Both the position numbers and the translations under genes were made by a program. Shown one piece after another: positions 18,801 to 27,881 of a stretch of 44,696 nucleotides of DNA. The notes beneath the pieces are model-generated. The model was given only the letters and a program-made list of their open reading frames with translations, did no database searches and was not told the origin of the DNA. The first letter of the stretch is position 1, and each line of letters opens with the position of its first letter. This DNA comes from an uncultured archaeon (GTDB lineage: Archaea; Asgardarchaeota; Lokiarchaeia; Sigyniarchaeales; SOKP01): NCBI GenBank assembly GCA_964481225.1, contig CAYZTE010000003.1, positions 2,625 through 47,320 on the forward strand, read 5' to 3'.

Positions 18801-20724
18801 TTGGTTTACAATGAGAACTTATAATGATGAAGAGGAAGAGTGGTTTCTTGAGAAAATTAACCTTACTCAATATATTGGATATTTTGTTCAATTCAGGTTT
18901 GAAACATCTCTTGATGATACATTTGATCCTATAAATTATAAAGGATTAATTTTAGATTATTTTTCGCTCGAGAATTATACCAATAAAAATTCTCCTTTAA
19001 TTATATTTGATTTAACTATGGATATTTCCTCTACGCAAGGCTCTAAATATCAAAAGTTTGTATTTTCTTGTGAGTATTATGACTTAGACAATAATTTTCC
19101 TCATTTTGTTTATTTAGAAATGGACGATAATAATTATACAATGTATAATATTTATGGTGATTGGAATGCAAGTTCTAATAGTGTTGGAGATAAAGGTATA
19201 TTTTTTACTAGAGCCTTAACCTTAGAAGCAATCACTAATCAATCATTTAGATTTCATGTGTCAGATGGACAAAATTTAAACACGACTCAATGGTTTAATA
19301 AAAATAACTCTCTTGTTGAATTTATAAATCCCACTCCCCTAGAGTTTAACATTTTTAAAGACAATAAATTCATTGGATATAAGTTTTCAAATGCAACGTT
19401 ATCTGATTATTATGTTACCGGAACTCCAACACCTAAAGAACTGACTTCTTGGTTTGGGGGAGATAATAGTTGGCACCCAGTGATACGTCTTGGGAAATAC
19501 ATTCTTTATGGAGGTTTAGGTCAAAGTTATGGAGGATTAACTCAAGGTTATGGAGTAAATTGGGATATGAAACTAATTACTCGTCCACTACACCTCAAAG
19601 GAGAATATGATATTTATCTCGAGTTTGATTATGAAATATCCCTACAAAATGAATTTTTTGAACCAGAAGATCAACTTGATAAATGTATAATATCAATATC
19701 AAAGGATTATGGTGATACGTGGAAGGTCATTAAAGAATATACTTATGATAGCGAAACTCTGTTTGGAAGAGAAAAATTCGATATTAGCCAATATTCAGGT
19801 GAGGATGTCATGATAATGTTTACCTTACATTCAAATGATAATGTAATAGGTTTAGGTTATGGTTGGCTATTATATAATATTTATGTTGGTTATGATAAGT
19901 CTACAGATTTTATTGCTCCGAAAATTAAATTAATTAATCCAAGAAATGGTACGACTGTAAAATCAATGATCATGATAGAAGCAAATATTACTGATAATGT
20001 AGAATTAGATATTTCTAGAATCTATATATATCTTAACAACAAAAGTGTTGACAGAAATAAACTTCAATTTGATGTTAATAATAGCTTACTAGAATTTAAA
20101 TGGGAAACCACCAAATACAATGATGGAACATATGAATTAAAAATCGTTGCTTATGACAAGGAAGGAAATAAGGCAGAGACTTCCATAGTTGTGAAAGTGA
20201 ATAACATGAAGTGGTGGAGAACGTGGGGACCATATATTATTTTATTTAGTGTTGTGGTTGGTGTCGGAATAATCATCTATATAATGTTTGAGAAGAAGGG
20301 AAAATTTTGGATTGCGAAAATTAGAAATGTTCGAGTAGAAAGAATAAGACTTAGAGATATTGATAAAGATCAGGTAATCAAGAGAATAGATCTAATTGAA
20401 CAAGAAGAAGAATTGAAAAGACCATTGGCTTTATACTGTAAGTCTTGTAGATCTTGGTTCTGGGCTAAAGCTACGGATTTTGATATTATTTGCCCAGTAT
20501 GTGAACACGACCAAATCTGGGTTGCTTACAAGTGCTCGAATTGCGGCAAATTTTATCTAAAAACCGAACCAAGAGAAAATTATTATTGTAAAAATAAAGG
20601 CTGTAAAGGAGTGAGGTTAATTAGAAGGGAAAAAGAAGAAATTCAGGATTTTTTGTCTCAAGAAGGCAAAATCTTAAGAAAATTTGAAAGGAAAAAGAAG
20701 AAATTTAGCATTTTAGACAAGTGA
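15889..20724 (+). CDS. giant membrane-anchored subtilisin-like serine protease (peptidase S8) with PPC and Ig-like domains and a cytoplasmic Zn-ribbon tail
   Basis: 1611 aa with a signal/anchor helix. The S8 catalytic triad blocks are AVLDTGINPNHD (Asp~158), DDNGHGTFVSSIISG (His~199), oxyanion AAGNSG (~428) and SYGTSISTAIVSAA (Ser~507). About 140 aa are inserted between the His block and the next conserved core block (GIANATKIVAFKIL). A PPC-like module (DADFDMFLFSN...CIVVVKAIDGKSSFTLNL) and an Ig-like module (ITDNVELDISRIYIYLNNKSV...YELKIVAYDKEGN) follow. The TM GPYIILFSVVVGVGIIIYIMF precedes a ~145-aa tail with CxxC clusters. Confidence 0.85.
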   Translation: MKLRKQLKVILTLFNVLFSSSILIFNNFNSYDFSIDKFDPKLKEKNLKNSNTFQEEIIVFFNRSSYNNTVISRFEYYGGTIRKEWNNMFSSTSGFGGIIPTDANKTLFQNDFPGALIENDEILETQMNFASIQTGAFNSTWSLNGYKGNSNSSIAVLDTGINPNHDFFPNGFNPLDLNGNIVGWQNFIDDSSISDDNGHGTFVSSIISGTGTTPYNSNNPSTVKLYGNYSHLELFEEYSAPKNYTFKIFSFNVSKPNSQILINSSWNWNVGGIDGFWFELFYNDTLIKYSHNVNPNEYYIINHTLIQNEVGIYDLFIKYHKQFQSKPAFSFNTTVSYFPEFYVENYSYFTGIANATKIVAFKILNQSGKGYSSDLISALASVIQNRSKYHIISVCLSIGTLGEDVKAINAVINEVIENGILVVIAAGNSGIEVSDALNRLAKNKNAIVVGAINDKDQVTSYSSIGTTVKNIIKPDIVAPGGSTLPNHRTIVSAGLKSDEITSSYGTSISTAIVSAAINLLIEARWNGWDQWKNLNLTKWVKIIKTILLMTASETNLDREDDPSTLEDESDYSPTFSLAPLTTGIKDIHEGYGRINIQAAIDALTKKIDVNSSISDNLMSSRENPLGAHVFARQVSLTEDKQYLFNLSIANEDADFDMFLFSNESNQYGEPILLESSRKWYGDFNYFYFTPKKNQTNCIVVVKAIDGKSSFTLNLSTVENKLKPELEVREINYAGGSKNTTIMGLQEFTGNNPKKNYSIDSYRFYIEYHDNDTSNVPPQEVYVSILEISKNYTLYQFYPPDITYTDGALFVSNYIQFSKPGVYHYFFVASDGKFQARYPIIGTLNITIEFPTDSVQFPHHHSFNDGIGNWTYTGTGWDLLQQSNINDNRSRIYGNSWSALYFGTYHDYPINYTYQPIRITEDPFPNGSLTSPLFNLTQLNENKTQPFAKFGLRVSINAGDFIYLQINLNWTGWFTMRTYNDEEEEWFLEKINLTQYIGYFVQFRFETSLDDTFDPINYKGLILDYFSLENYTNKNSPLIIFDLTMDISSTQGSKYQKFVFSCEYYDLDNNFPHFVYLEMDDNNYTMYNIYGDWNASSNSVGDKGIFFTRALTLEAITNQSFRFHVSDGQNLNTTQWFNKNNSLVEFINPTPLEFNIFKDNKFIGYKFSNATLSDYYVTGTPTPKELTSWFGGDNSWHPVIRLGKYILYGGLGQSYGGLTQGYGVNWDMKLITRPLHLKGEYDIYLEFDYEISLQNEFFEPEDQLDKCIISISKDYGDTWKVIKEYTYDSETLFGREKFDISQYSGEDVMIMFTLHSNDNVIGLGYGWLLYNIYVGYDKSTDFIAPKIKLINPRNGTTVKSMIMIEANITDNVELDISRIYIYLNNKSVDRNKLQFDVNNSLLEFKWETTKYNDGTYELKIVAYDKEGNKAETSIVVKVNNMKWWRTWGPYIILFSVVVGVGIIIYIMFEKKGKFWIAKIRNVRVERIRLRDIDKDQVIKRIDLIEQEEELKRPLALYCKSCRSWFWAKATDFDIICPVCEHDQIWVAYKCSNCGKFYLKTEPRENYYCKNKGCKGVRLIRREKEEIQDFLSQEGKILRKFERKKKKFSILDK

Positions 20725-20771
20725 AAAAAGTATATTAATTAAAATAAGCTTATATTTGATGAGTAAAAAGC

Positions 20772-23741
20772 ATGGATGTTCGAACTTTTCTGTATAAATT
20801 AAAGAAAAAAATAAATTTGCAATTCTTCAAGCATTCTTGGCTTGATTTCAAGCGGGATAAAGCAAAAGCCATATTTGGAATATCTGGAATTGCTATTTCA
20901 TTATTTTTATTGACGGCTATTGGAATGTTGAATGATACCGTGAATTATAACTATTTATTATACGTAACTTCAACCACAGGAAAATCAGACATCATGATTA
21001 CGAGCACCATTCAAACAGACATAACATTTGATCCTTTCTTTGATGAAGAATTAATAAATGATGAATTAAAGGATATTGATGGTGTAGAAGAATTATTCCC
21101 GCGCATAATGATGCTTGTAGAAGCATCTTCTTACAACATAAATACAAGTGGATTTTTAATTTTATATGGAATTGACTTTACAAAAGAAGCCACAAATGGT
21201 AATATAGGAGATTTAATAATAGTTGATGAGGAGGGTAAGGAAACAGGTGAAATTTACGAACAAGACCCTAATGATGGCGAATGCGTGATTCTTTGGAATG
21301 TTGCAGAAATATTAAACGTTTCTAAAGGAGATGTAATTCATCTAGAATATAATATCCATGAGTTAAATTTAACTGTGGTGGAAATTTGTGTTCAAGATCT
21401 TAAATTCATGCAATTTGAAAATGCTATAATTCTTGTAAATTTAAGTCAAGCCCAAACTTTTCTAAATAGGGAAGGATTAATTAATTTTATTGTTGGCACT
21501 ATTAATAATCCTAAATCTATATATGATGCTAGCAATTTAGACAGAACAACACGAAGACTTCGAAAAATAGGTGCCAGAATTCAAGAAAGGTTGGACTTAA
21601 ATGAATATACTGTAACTCTCCCAAAATTAGAAGAACTTGAAGAAGGAGAATTTTTATTAATAAGCGTAACCACTATTTTTTGGTTCATAATCATTATTTC
21701 AATGCTTATTACTGCAATTTTAATAAACAGTATACTTTCTACTTCAGCAGAAGAAAGAGTCAGAGAATTTGGGATAGTACGTGTAGTAGGAAGTAAAAAA
21801 ATTTATCCGGTGAAAATGGTGCTTTTTGAAGGTTTGTTGATGGGATTAATAGGATCTATTATTGGAATGATATCTGGGGTTTTATTAATTCAACCAATTG
21901 CTCGAAGTTTGTTTCATCTTTACAATTTTCAATTTGAGTTTTCTGATGTGGATTGGGTAATTCAACCCCAAACAATTATCATTACGTTTACAATTGGAAC
22001 CGCAGTTTCTCTAGGAGTAGCATTAATACCAGCTCTTAAAACAGCAAAAATGGATTTAATAAAATCCATTACTCCATTTCAGACTAAAGAGGAGGGATGG
22101 GAGATTAAAAAAGAGGGTAGTATGAATGTTAAAAGTTTTTTGATTGGGATAGCTATTGCTACGATAGGGATGATTGTTTTTATCTTACTGCCCAACATAA
22201 TGGTTACTGGTGATTTTATGGCAATAACATCGCTATTCATAGGTTTACTTGCTGCTATCTTGATAGGTTTAGTTTTTGCATCAGTTGGTATTGTTCCATT
22301 AGTTCAAAAAATATTTTTAGGAATTGTTTCCCCAACAATAAGAAAGTACAAGAATATCATAAGCATATCTTTAAAACGATATAGGAGGCGTAATACGAGC
22401 ACGGTTGTAATGTTTGCTATTAGTTTTTCCTTCATTTTCTTCATTACAAGTATAACAGAAATGGAATCTGAAAACATGGCACTTAATTTAACTTTTCAAT
22501 ATGGATCAGATTTAGTTTTAATGAACCAAGAATCAAATAATGAAGAAAATGCCCTAATTTTGGATATGGTTGATGAATTGAAAAGTTTACCTGGGATTGA
22601 CGAGATAGCTATTTCACTCCATAATACATTTGATTTACAAGCTACGTTGGCAACTATATTGGAAATTACTGAAGGTCAAGTAGGTTATAGTGGAACTGAA
22701 ACCGAAGAAATTATGATGGATATATTTCAATTCTTTGCTACTCAAGAAGAAACTAAATTTAGAATCACTGCAGGAGATTTAATGGATTTTGATGTAGTGA
22801 ATGCTAGCTTTATAGGTATTGAGGAAGATTTCGTTGATCTAATTGATAATAATTTATTAATTTGGAAGAGTGATGGCAGTAATACTAAATATTCTTTCGA
22901 TGAATTATTTACGCATAATAATACCTGCATCATCGCCAAATCAATTGCAAGTGTACTTGGTATTCAAGAAGTAGGTGAATATGTTCGAATTACTTTTTAT
23001 GATCCCCAAAGAAAGACTCAAGGTAATGTTACACTATTTAGAGTTGTGGGAATTTCAGGAGGGATTCCTGGATTTTACAATTTCAGGAGCAATGAACAAT
23101 CTGCATTTGGAGGTGGTGTAATGGTTTCATTAGATAATTACATGCGATTAATGAGGGTAAAAAATCCTGGAGAACCCAATATGATTGTTGATAAAGTTTT
23201 CATTAATTTGGTAGATAAGTCTGAAGAAAACATTAAAGAGACAAAAGAAGAAATTCGAAGGATGTATCAAGATAAGGATATCATAATTGATGATGCAATT
23301 TCAAAAATAAATTTCATAAAGGCTATGACGGAAAGACAAGGCTTCCTGATGGAACTGATTCTAACGTTTACAATCATGATTAGCATCTTTGGTCTTGTAA
23401 GTTCAATGTATGCAATAATGTTAGAACGGAAATTCGAAGTTGGGATATTGCGCTCAATGGGTTTGAAAACGAGAAACGTTCGAAATATGTTTTTAGTAGA
23501 AAGTCTAATAGTTTTACTATCTGCAGGTATCTTAGGAACAATTATTGGAACTTATACTGCTTATCTCATGGAAACCAATTTCGCCTTAATGACGGAAATG
23601 CCCGTCATTTTTGCCCTTCCCATGGATACCTTGCTCAGAGTATTCATAATTTCTATTTCAGTTGGAATTTTAGGAACTTACATAATTTTAATAAAATTAA
23701 GTCGCCAAACAATTATGGATGTGTTCCGAGAAACCTTTTAA
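20772..23741 (+). CDS. second ABC transporter permease with two FtsX/MacB-type domains
   Basis: 989 aa with the same topology as 8896..11910. The FtsX cores are EERVREFGIVRVVGSKKIYP... and ERKFEVGILRSMGLKTRNVRN.... The gene starts 47 nt after the protease gene. Confidence 0.85.
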   Translation: MDVRTFLYKLKKKINLQFFKHSWLDFKRDKAKAIFGISGIAISLFLLTAIGMLNDTVNYNYLLYVTSTTGKSDIMITSTIQTDITFDPFFDEELINDELKDIDGVEELFPRIMMLVEASSYNINTSGFLILYGIDFTKEATNGNIGDLIIVDEEGKETGEIYEQDPNDGECVILWNVAEILNVSKGDVIHLEYNIHELNLTVVEICVQDLKFMQFENAIILVNLSQAQTFLNREGLINFIVGTINNPKSIYDASNLDRTTRRLRKIGARIQERLDLNEYTVTLPKLEELEEGEFLLISVTTIFWFIIIISMLITAILINSILSTSAEERVREFGIVRVVGSKKIYPVKMVLFEGLLMGLIGSIIGMISGVLLIQPIARSLFHLYNFQFEFSDVDWVIQPQTIIITFTIGTAVSLGVALIPALKTAKMDLIKSITPFQTKEEGWEIKKEGSMNVKSFLIGIAIATIGMIVFILLPNIMVTGDFMAITSLFIGLLAAILIGLVFASVGIVPLVQKIFLGIVSPTIRKYKNIISISLKRYRRRNTSTVVMFAISFSFIFFITSITEMESENMALNLTFQYGSDLVLMNQESNNEENALILDMVDELKSLPGIDEIAISLHNTFDLQATLATILEITEGQVGYSGTETEEIMMDIFQFFATQEETKFRITAGDLMDFDVVNASFIGIEEDFVDLIDNNLLIWKSDGSNTKYSFDELFTHNNTCIIAKSIASVLGIQEVGEYVRITFYDPQRKTQGNVTLFRVVGISGGIPGFYNFRSNEQSAFGGGVMVSLDNYMRLMRVKNPGEPNMIVDKVFINLVDKSEENIKETKEEIRRMYQDKDIIIDDAISKINFIKAMTERQGFLMELILTFTIMISIFGLVSSMYAIMLERKFEVGILRSMGLKTRNVRNMFLVESLIVLLSAGILGTIIGTYTAYLMETNFALMTEMPVIFALPMDTLLRVFIISISVGILGTYIILIKLSRQTIMDVFRETF

Positions 23742-23917
23742 AAAGTTAATATGAATCATCCATCACTGCCTTTTAACCTTAATTATCAATCATATCCCAA
23801 ATTTGCCTTCTTTTCTAAATTTATGCTCGTTTTTCAATTAACAAATTTGGTTCTGTCTTTTTCTTTATATATATTTGATAATTATAAATATAAAATCAAA
23901 CATAATGGTAAGATAGA

Positions 23918-24634
23918 ATGGGAGATACCCACAATTATAGTTTCTTTGGACAAAACACCGGATTATTTCTACAAAGTTCCTCAAAAAATGAACCTTTTGT
24001 ATTTTTTCGTTGTATTAAAAAGAGAGATGAGCGTTCTTGGGAAAAACCTTCAAGAAGGGAGGGAAAAACCATTAAAGTTGGTTTAGAAGAAATAATAATG
24101 CTTCTCCAAGTATTAGAACAAAAAATGAAATCTTGGTCCACAGTTCACCGATTTAAAGAAGAAAAGACACGAATATCCATTAAATGGGATGAAAATGAAG
24201 ATAAGACATTATGGATACACATAGGAAACTACTCTAAAAAACTTAACTTCGCACAAGTGGAAATCTTAAAGCATTTATTAAAGCACATTTTTAAAGAAAA
24301 AATTGAATTTTCAACTACGTCAACGTTTCTAAAGGAAAGTAATGCTCAAAACATCACGAAGGAAATAAATCAAACTAAAGATTCCAGTCCTGAAAATTCT
24401 GAAACAGATGGTTTGATAGTAATAGAAGAATCAAGTATAGAAGGTAAAACAAAAGAAATGGAAGGTATAATCAAAAATGAGACAGAAAAAGCCTTTTTAA
24501 TTGAATTTGCTCCAGGTAATGAGAAGTGGATTCCAAAGTCGACCATAAAATCCCAATATGGAATAAAAAATGGTAGTAAGCAAGCTTTTCTCATTGATGA
24601 GTGGATTTTAAAAAAAAATGAATTAGTAACTTAA
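23918..24634 (+). CDS. hypothetical protein
   Basis: 238-aa ORF with non-repetitive, plausibly globular composition. The C-terminal block KAFLIEFAPGNEKWIPKSTIKSQ...KQAFLIDEWILKKNEL is not assignable from memory. AT-rich TATA-like sequence lies upstream (23865-23900). Confidence 0.5.
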   Translation: MGDTHNYSFFGQNTGLFLQSSSKNEPFVFFRCIKKRDERSWEKPSRREGKTIKVGLEEIIMLLQVLEQKMKSWSTVHRFKEEKTRISIKWDENEDKTLWIHIGNYSKKLNFAQVEILKHLLKHIFKEKIEFSTTSTFLKESNAQNITKEINQTKDSSPENSETDGLIVIEESSIEGKTKEMEGIIKNETEKAFLIEFAPGNEKWIPKSTIKSQYGIKNGSKQAFLIDEWILKKNELVT

Positions 24635-24866
24635 AATAATTAACAAAGAAATGGGCTTTTACTTATCCATACTTAATTCCTTAAAAAATCTTCAATTTCA
24701 TCTAATTTTCGTATATAAAACACTAAATTTTCGAGAAAAGTGAATTTTAGCAAAATTGAATGAGTATTTTTATAAAGTTAAATTAAATTAATACTAATTA
24801 ATTCAATAATTGATAGACTCAAAAAAAATTCTCTTAAAGAGTTAAGGTTTTTTTCAAGATAAGAAG

Positions 24867-25712
24867 ATGAATATATGGATTTTAGATAGTGATTCTGGTG
24901 TTAAACTATTATATAAATCATTTTTGAAAACGGATGCTGATGAAGACATTGTTTCTGGACTTTTAACAGCTTTTCACCAATTCTCAATGGTGGAATTCAA
25001 ACAATCGTTAGATTCTATAGAAATGGGAGGTTTAAGATGGATTTATATATTAGAACCAAAGTATAACTTATTATTTGTCGCAGCTGACACTAAGATTATA
25101 AATACTGAGATTCTGAAAAGCAGGCTAAATGTTATAAAAAACGCATTCATTAAGGAATTTGAACCTACATGGGTAAAAAAAAAGTACAGTTGGGATGGAG
25201 ATATTAACATATTTCTACCTTTTCTTGATGTTCTTGAAGATTATTATAATCAGTGGGGAGAAGTTGAATCTTTAACTCATGTAGCAGACTTCTTTGATAT
25301 TTTAGGGGTAATTCAAAAGATTTTTATCATGTTAAGAAATGTAGTAGAAAATAGAATGTATAGCAAATCTAAAACAATGATATTGAATCGTATAGAAAAG
25401 TTTTATGATGATTTTAAAAACCAAGAACAATGTAAAAGTGAGCCTGAATTGAAGAATATTTCTTTCTCAAAAGAGGATTGGTTTAATATTGTTGATATCA
25501 ACTTAATAAAATGCGATAAGGAACTGGTAATTAAGAATATCAGGGCGTTACTCACTCAAGTAATAAATATTCTAAGAGATATTAAAGGAGATAATCTATG
25601 TTTCAAATACTTCAGTGAGGAAAGGATATATGCTTACATTTTTAACAACTTAAAATTATTAAAAGATTTGAATTTAGATTCCTTTCTATTGGAGTTGTTC
25701 TTATTATTATAG
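24867..25712 (+). CDS. hypothetical protein; N-terminal ~100 aa has a roadblock/longin-like pattern
   Basis: 281-aa ORF. The N-terminus MNIWILDSDSGVKLLYKSF...DIVSGLLTAFHQFSMVEF...GGLRWIYILEPKYNLLFVAADT shows a beta-beta-alpha-beta-beta-type pattern. The domain call is inference only. Confidence 0.5.
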   Translation: MNIWILDSDSGVKLLYKSFLKTDADEDIVSGLLTAFHQFSMVEFKQSLDSIEMGGLRWIYILEPKYNLLFVAADTKIINTEILKSRLNVIKNAFIKEFEPTWVKKKYSWDGDINIFLPFLDVLEDYYNQWGEVESLTHVADFFDILGVIQKIFIMLRNVVENRMYSKSKTMILNRIEKFYDDFKNQEQCKSEPELKNISFSKEDWFNIVDINLIKCDKELVIKNIRALLTQVINILRDIKGDNLCFKYFSEERIYAYIFNNLKLLKDLNLDSFLLELFLLL

Positions 25713-25754
25713 TTTTAATACGTTTTTGATATAATCCTTAATTTCGAGCTATAG

Positions 25755-26585
25755 TTAATATTTAGCTTCCTTGTAGAAACCTAAAAAAATGAATATGAAG
25801 ATGATCAAATCAATTGTTTCGGCGATAATTATAAAAATAGCTGATTCTCCTATTATATATTGTGCTAAAGGGCGTGAGATTTGAGAAATTAAGTAAGTCA
25901 TAAAACTTATTGTTAGCATCAGTGTATCTACTTGCGAAAGTCGTTTATTTTTTCTTGCAAAATAAAAGAGCCAAACGATCGTTATCAATGAAGGGATCCC
26001 AACAATGGGATAAAATATGCTTAATACTCGAGGGTTAGGTGCTATAATCCCTGCTACAGTTTCAAAAATGAGAACAAGCAAGATAATTCGCAAGCTAACT
26101 TCATTTCGCATTTTCTCATTTGTGAGTTTTTTAAATCTCGGTCTTAATGAAAAAGAAAACAGAATCATTTCTGAGCTCAGGTAAATCATCGGTAAAAGAT
26201 CAAGTATTAAGATGAAAAACCGCACTTTTAGCAATACTAAGACAATGGATTCTTCAAGTTGAAAGTAAATGAAATCATTGAATAAATCTAAAGCTTTTCC
26301 GAAAACCAATAATAAAAAGAATAGTCCAAATAAAAATGGTAAATCTGAGAAATAATGTTCTTCTTGCTTAAACCATTTAATAAAGGTATAAAATGCCATC
26401 CCTGACAGTATTAATATTCTTGATGATATAACAAAAACTACACCGAATGAACCTTCATGTGTTTTAAAAGATTCAATAATTGTTTGCCAATTTTGAGCAT
26501 ATAGAAAAACAATAGATAATACACCCAATACAATGCCTAATAATAGAACAAAGAGATACAAATTCTTCCTATTAAAAATATTCAT
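25755..26585 (-). CDS. polytopic integral membrane protein (7-8 predicted TM helices), unknown function
   Basis: 276-aa ORF that is almost entirely hydrophobic segments separated by short K/R-rich loops. Confidence 0.6.
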   Translation of the reverse strand: MNIFNRKNLYLFVLLLGIVLGVLSIVFLYAQNWQTIIESFKTHEGSFGVVFVISSRILILSGMAFYTFIKWFKQEEHYFSDLPFLFGLFFLLLVFGKALDLFNDFIYFQLEESIVLVLLKVRFFILILDLLPMIYLSSEMILFSFSLRPRFKKLTNEKMRNEVSLRIILLVLIFETVAGIIAPNPRVLSIFYPIVGIPSLITIVWLFYFARKNKRLSQVDTLMLTISFMTYLISQISRPLAQYIIGESAIFIIIAETIDLIIFIFIFLGFYKEAKY

Positions 26586-26663
26586 GACATTATTTCTATT
26601 AAAACATTTTTAAAAGAAACTAAAAAATGATTTTTCAACTTAAAAATAAAATGCTTTAATTTC

Positions 26664-27251
26664 TTAAACATTTTTTTTTAGGAATGAAATCAATTTTTTC
26701 AATGCTTGTCCCCTGTGAGAAAAACTATTTTTTTCTTCCATTGAGAGCTCAGCAAAAGTTTTATCAGGAGTTTCATCTGGTATGAAAATAGGATCAAAAC
26801 CAAATCCTCCAGTACCTCTTATTGTTTTTGAAACTTTTCCTTTCACATTGCCTTCGAATAAAAAAACTTCTTCTAATGGTTTAAAGTATAAAGCGATTAT
26901 AGCTGAGAAATGAGCATTTGTAATATCATAATCATTAATTAGTTTCAATATTCCCTCATTACCGATTGTTTTTAACACGTAAGACGAGAAAGCCCCCGGA
27001 AATCCTTTAAGAGGGTCATCTACAAAAAAACCAGCATCTTCAATAAAAAAAGATCCATCTATTTTATCTTTTACACTATCTAATTTAAAAAGAGCAATAT
27101 CTTTTATGCTATCTGCTTGAATTTCAATTGTTTCAATATCTATTTGTTTTAAATCATAATTCACATTCTCTTTCGTGAAAAGATCTAAAACTTCATTAAA
27201 TTTATGAATGTTCCTAGTAACAAAATAAATTGTGCTTTCTTCCTTGTTCAT
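26664..27251 (-). CDS. non-canonical purine NTP pyrophosphatase (HAM1/RdgB/ITPase family)
   Basis: 195 aa with family motifs FVTRNIHKFNE (T-x-N-x-x-K), GFPGAFS, GGFGFDPIF and SHRGQAL at the C-terminus. Confidence 0.85.
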   Translation of the reverse strand: MNKEESTIYFVTRNIHKFNEVLDLFTKENVNYDLKQIDIETIEIQADSIKDIALFKLDSVKDKIDGSFFIEDAGFFVDDPLKGFPGAFSSYVLKTIGNEGILKLINDYDITNAHFSAIIALYFKPLEEVFLFEGNVKGKVSKTIRGTGGFGFDPIFIPDETPDKTFAELSMEEKNSFSHRGQALKKLISFLKKNV

Positions 27252-27383
27252 AATTACTATAATCGCTTAAGTCTTATTTAGATATTCAAGTTTAAAAAAG
27301 ACTTGGTACATTGTATTATATCCTTTCCAAAAGTTTATTTTGTATACTTATTTATTTAATTTATAGTTAATTCTAATAAGAAC

Positions 27384-27394
27384 TTTAAAATATA
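27384..27394 (+). promoter_or_regulatory. candidate archaeal TATA box (TTTAAAATATA) for the uS15-eS1 pair
   Basis: The element is centred ~23-26 nt upstream of ATG 27412, which would give a leaderless or near-leaderless mRNA. No SD is present. Confidence 0.3.
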
Positions 27395-27411
27395 AGAGAA
27401 ATTAGTAAAAA

Positions 27412-27870
27412 ATGGCGCGGATGCATTCAAGAAAGAAGGGAAAGAGTGGATCAACCCGCCCTGCACGGTTAGAAAAGCCAGTATGGATAGAACTTTCGCC
27501 TGATGAAGTTGAAAGCGAAGTGGTTAAATTAGCCAAGAGAGGATATTCAAAATCAATGATAGGTACTATAATGAGAGATTCTCGAGGCGTTCCATTAGTT
27601 AAAATAGTAACAGGTAAAAAAATAAACCAGATTCTCGAAGAAAATGATATTGAAGTACCCCTCCCTGAAGATCTTTCTAATTTAGTAAAAAAAGCTTTGA
27701 TTATTAGAAAACACCTTGAAACAAATCATAAAGATTTAGAAACAAAAAAGGGTCTCAATAGAACTGAATCCAAGATTTATAGATTAATTAAATATTACAA
27801 AAAAAAGAAAATATTAGCCCCTGATTTTGTATATGATCCAGAAAAGATCAGAACACTAGTAGCCAGATAG
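27412..27870 (+). CDS. rps15: 30S ribosomal protein uS15 (archaeal S15P / eukaryotic S13e type)
   Basis: 152 aa. The N-terminus MARMHSRKKGKSGSTRP is diagnostic of archaeal/eukaryal uS15, and the C-terminal S15 fold block is KDLETKKGLNRTESKIYRLIKYYKKK. Confidence 0.9.
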   Translation: MARMHSRKKGKSGSTRPARLEKPVWIELSPDEVESEVVKLAKRGYSKSMIGTIMRDSRGVPLVKIVTGKKINQILEENDIEVPLPEDLSNLVKKALIIRKHLETNHKDLETKKGLNRTESKIYRLIKYYKKKKILAPDFVYDPEKIRTLVAR

Positions 27871-27881
27871 AGTGATTAATA

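Noticed and set aside
23751-24086. 111-aa ORF directly after the second permease gene
   Set aside because: It overlaps the better-looking 23918..24634 ORF in a different frame. Its product is a low-complexity F/L/Y/K-rich sequence typical of AT-rich non-coding DNA, and the region contains the TATA-like promoter sequence for the downstream gene.
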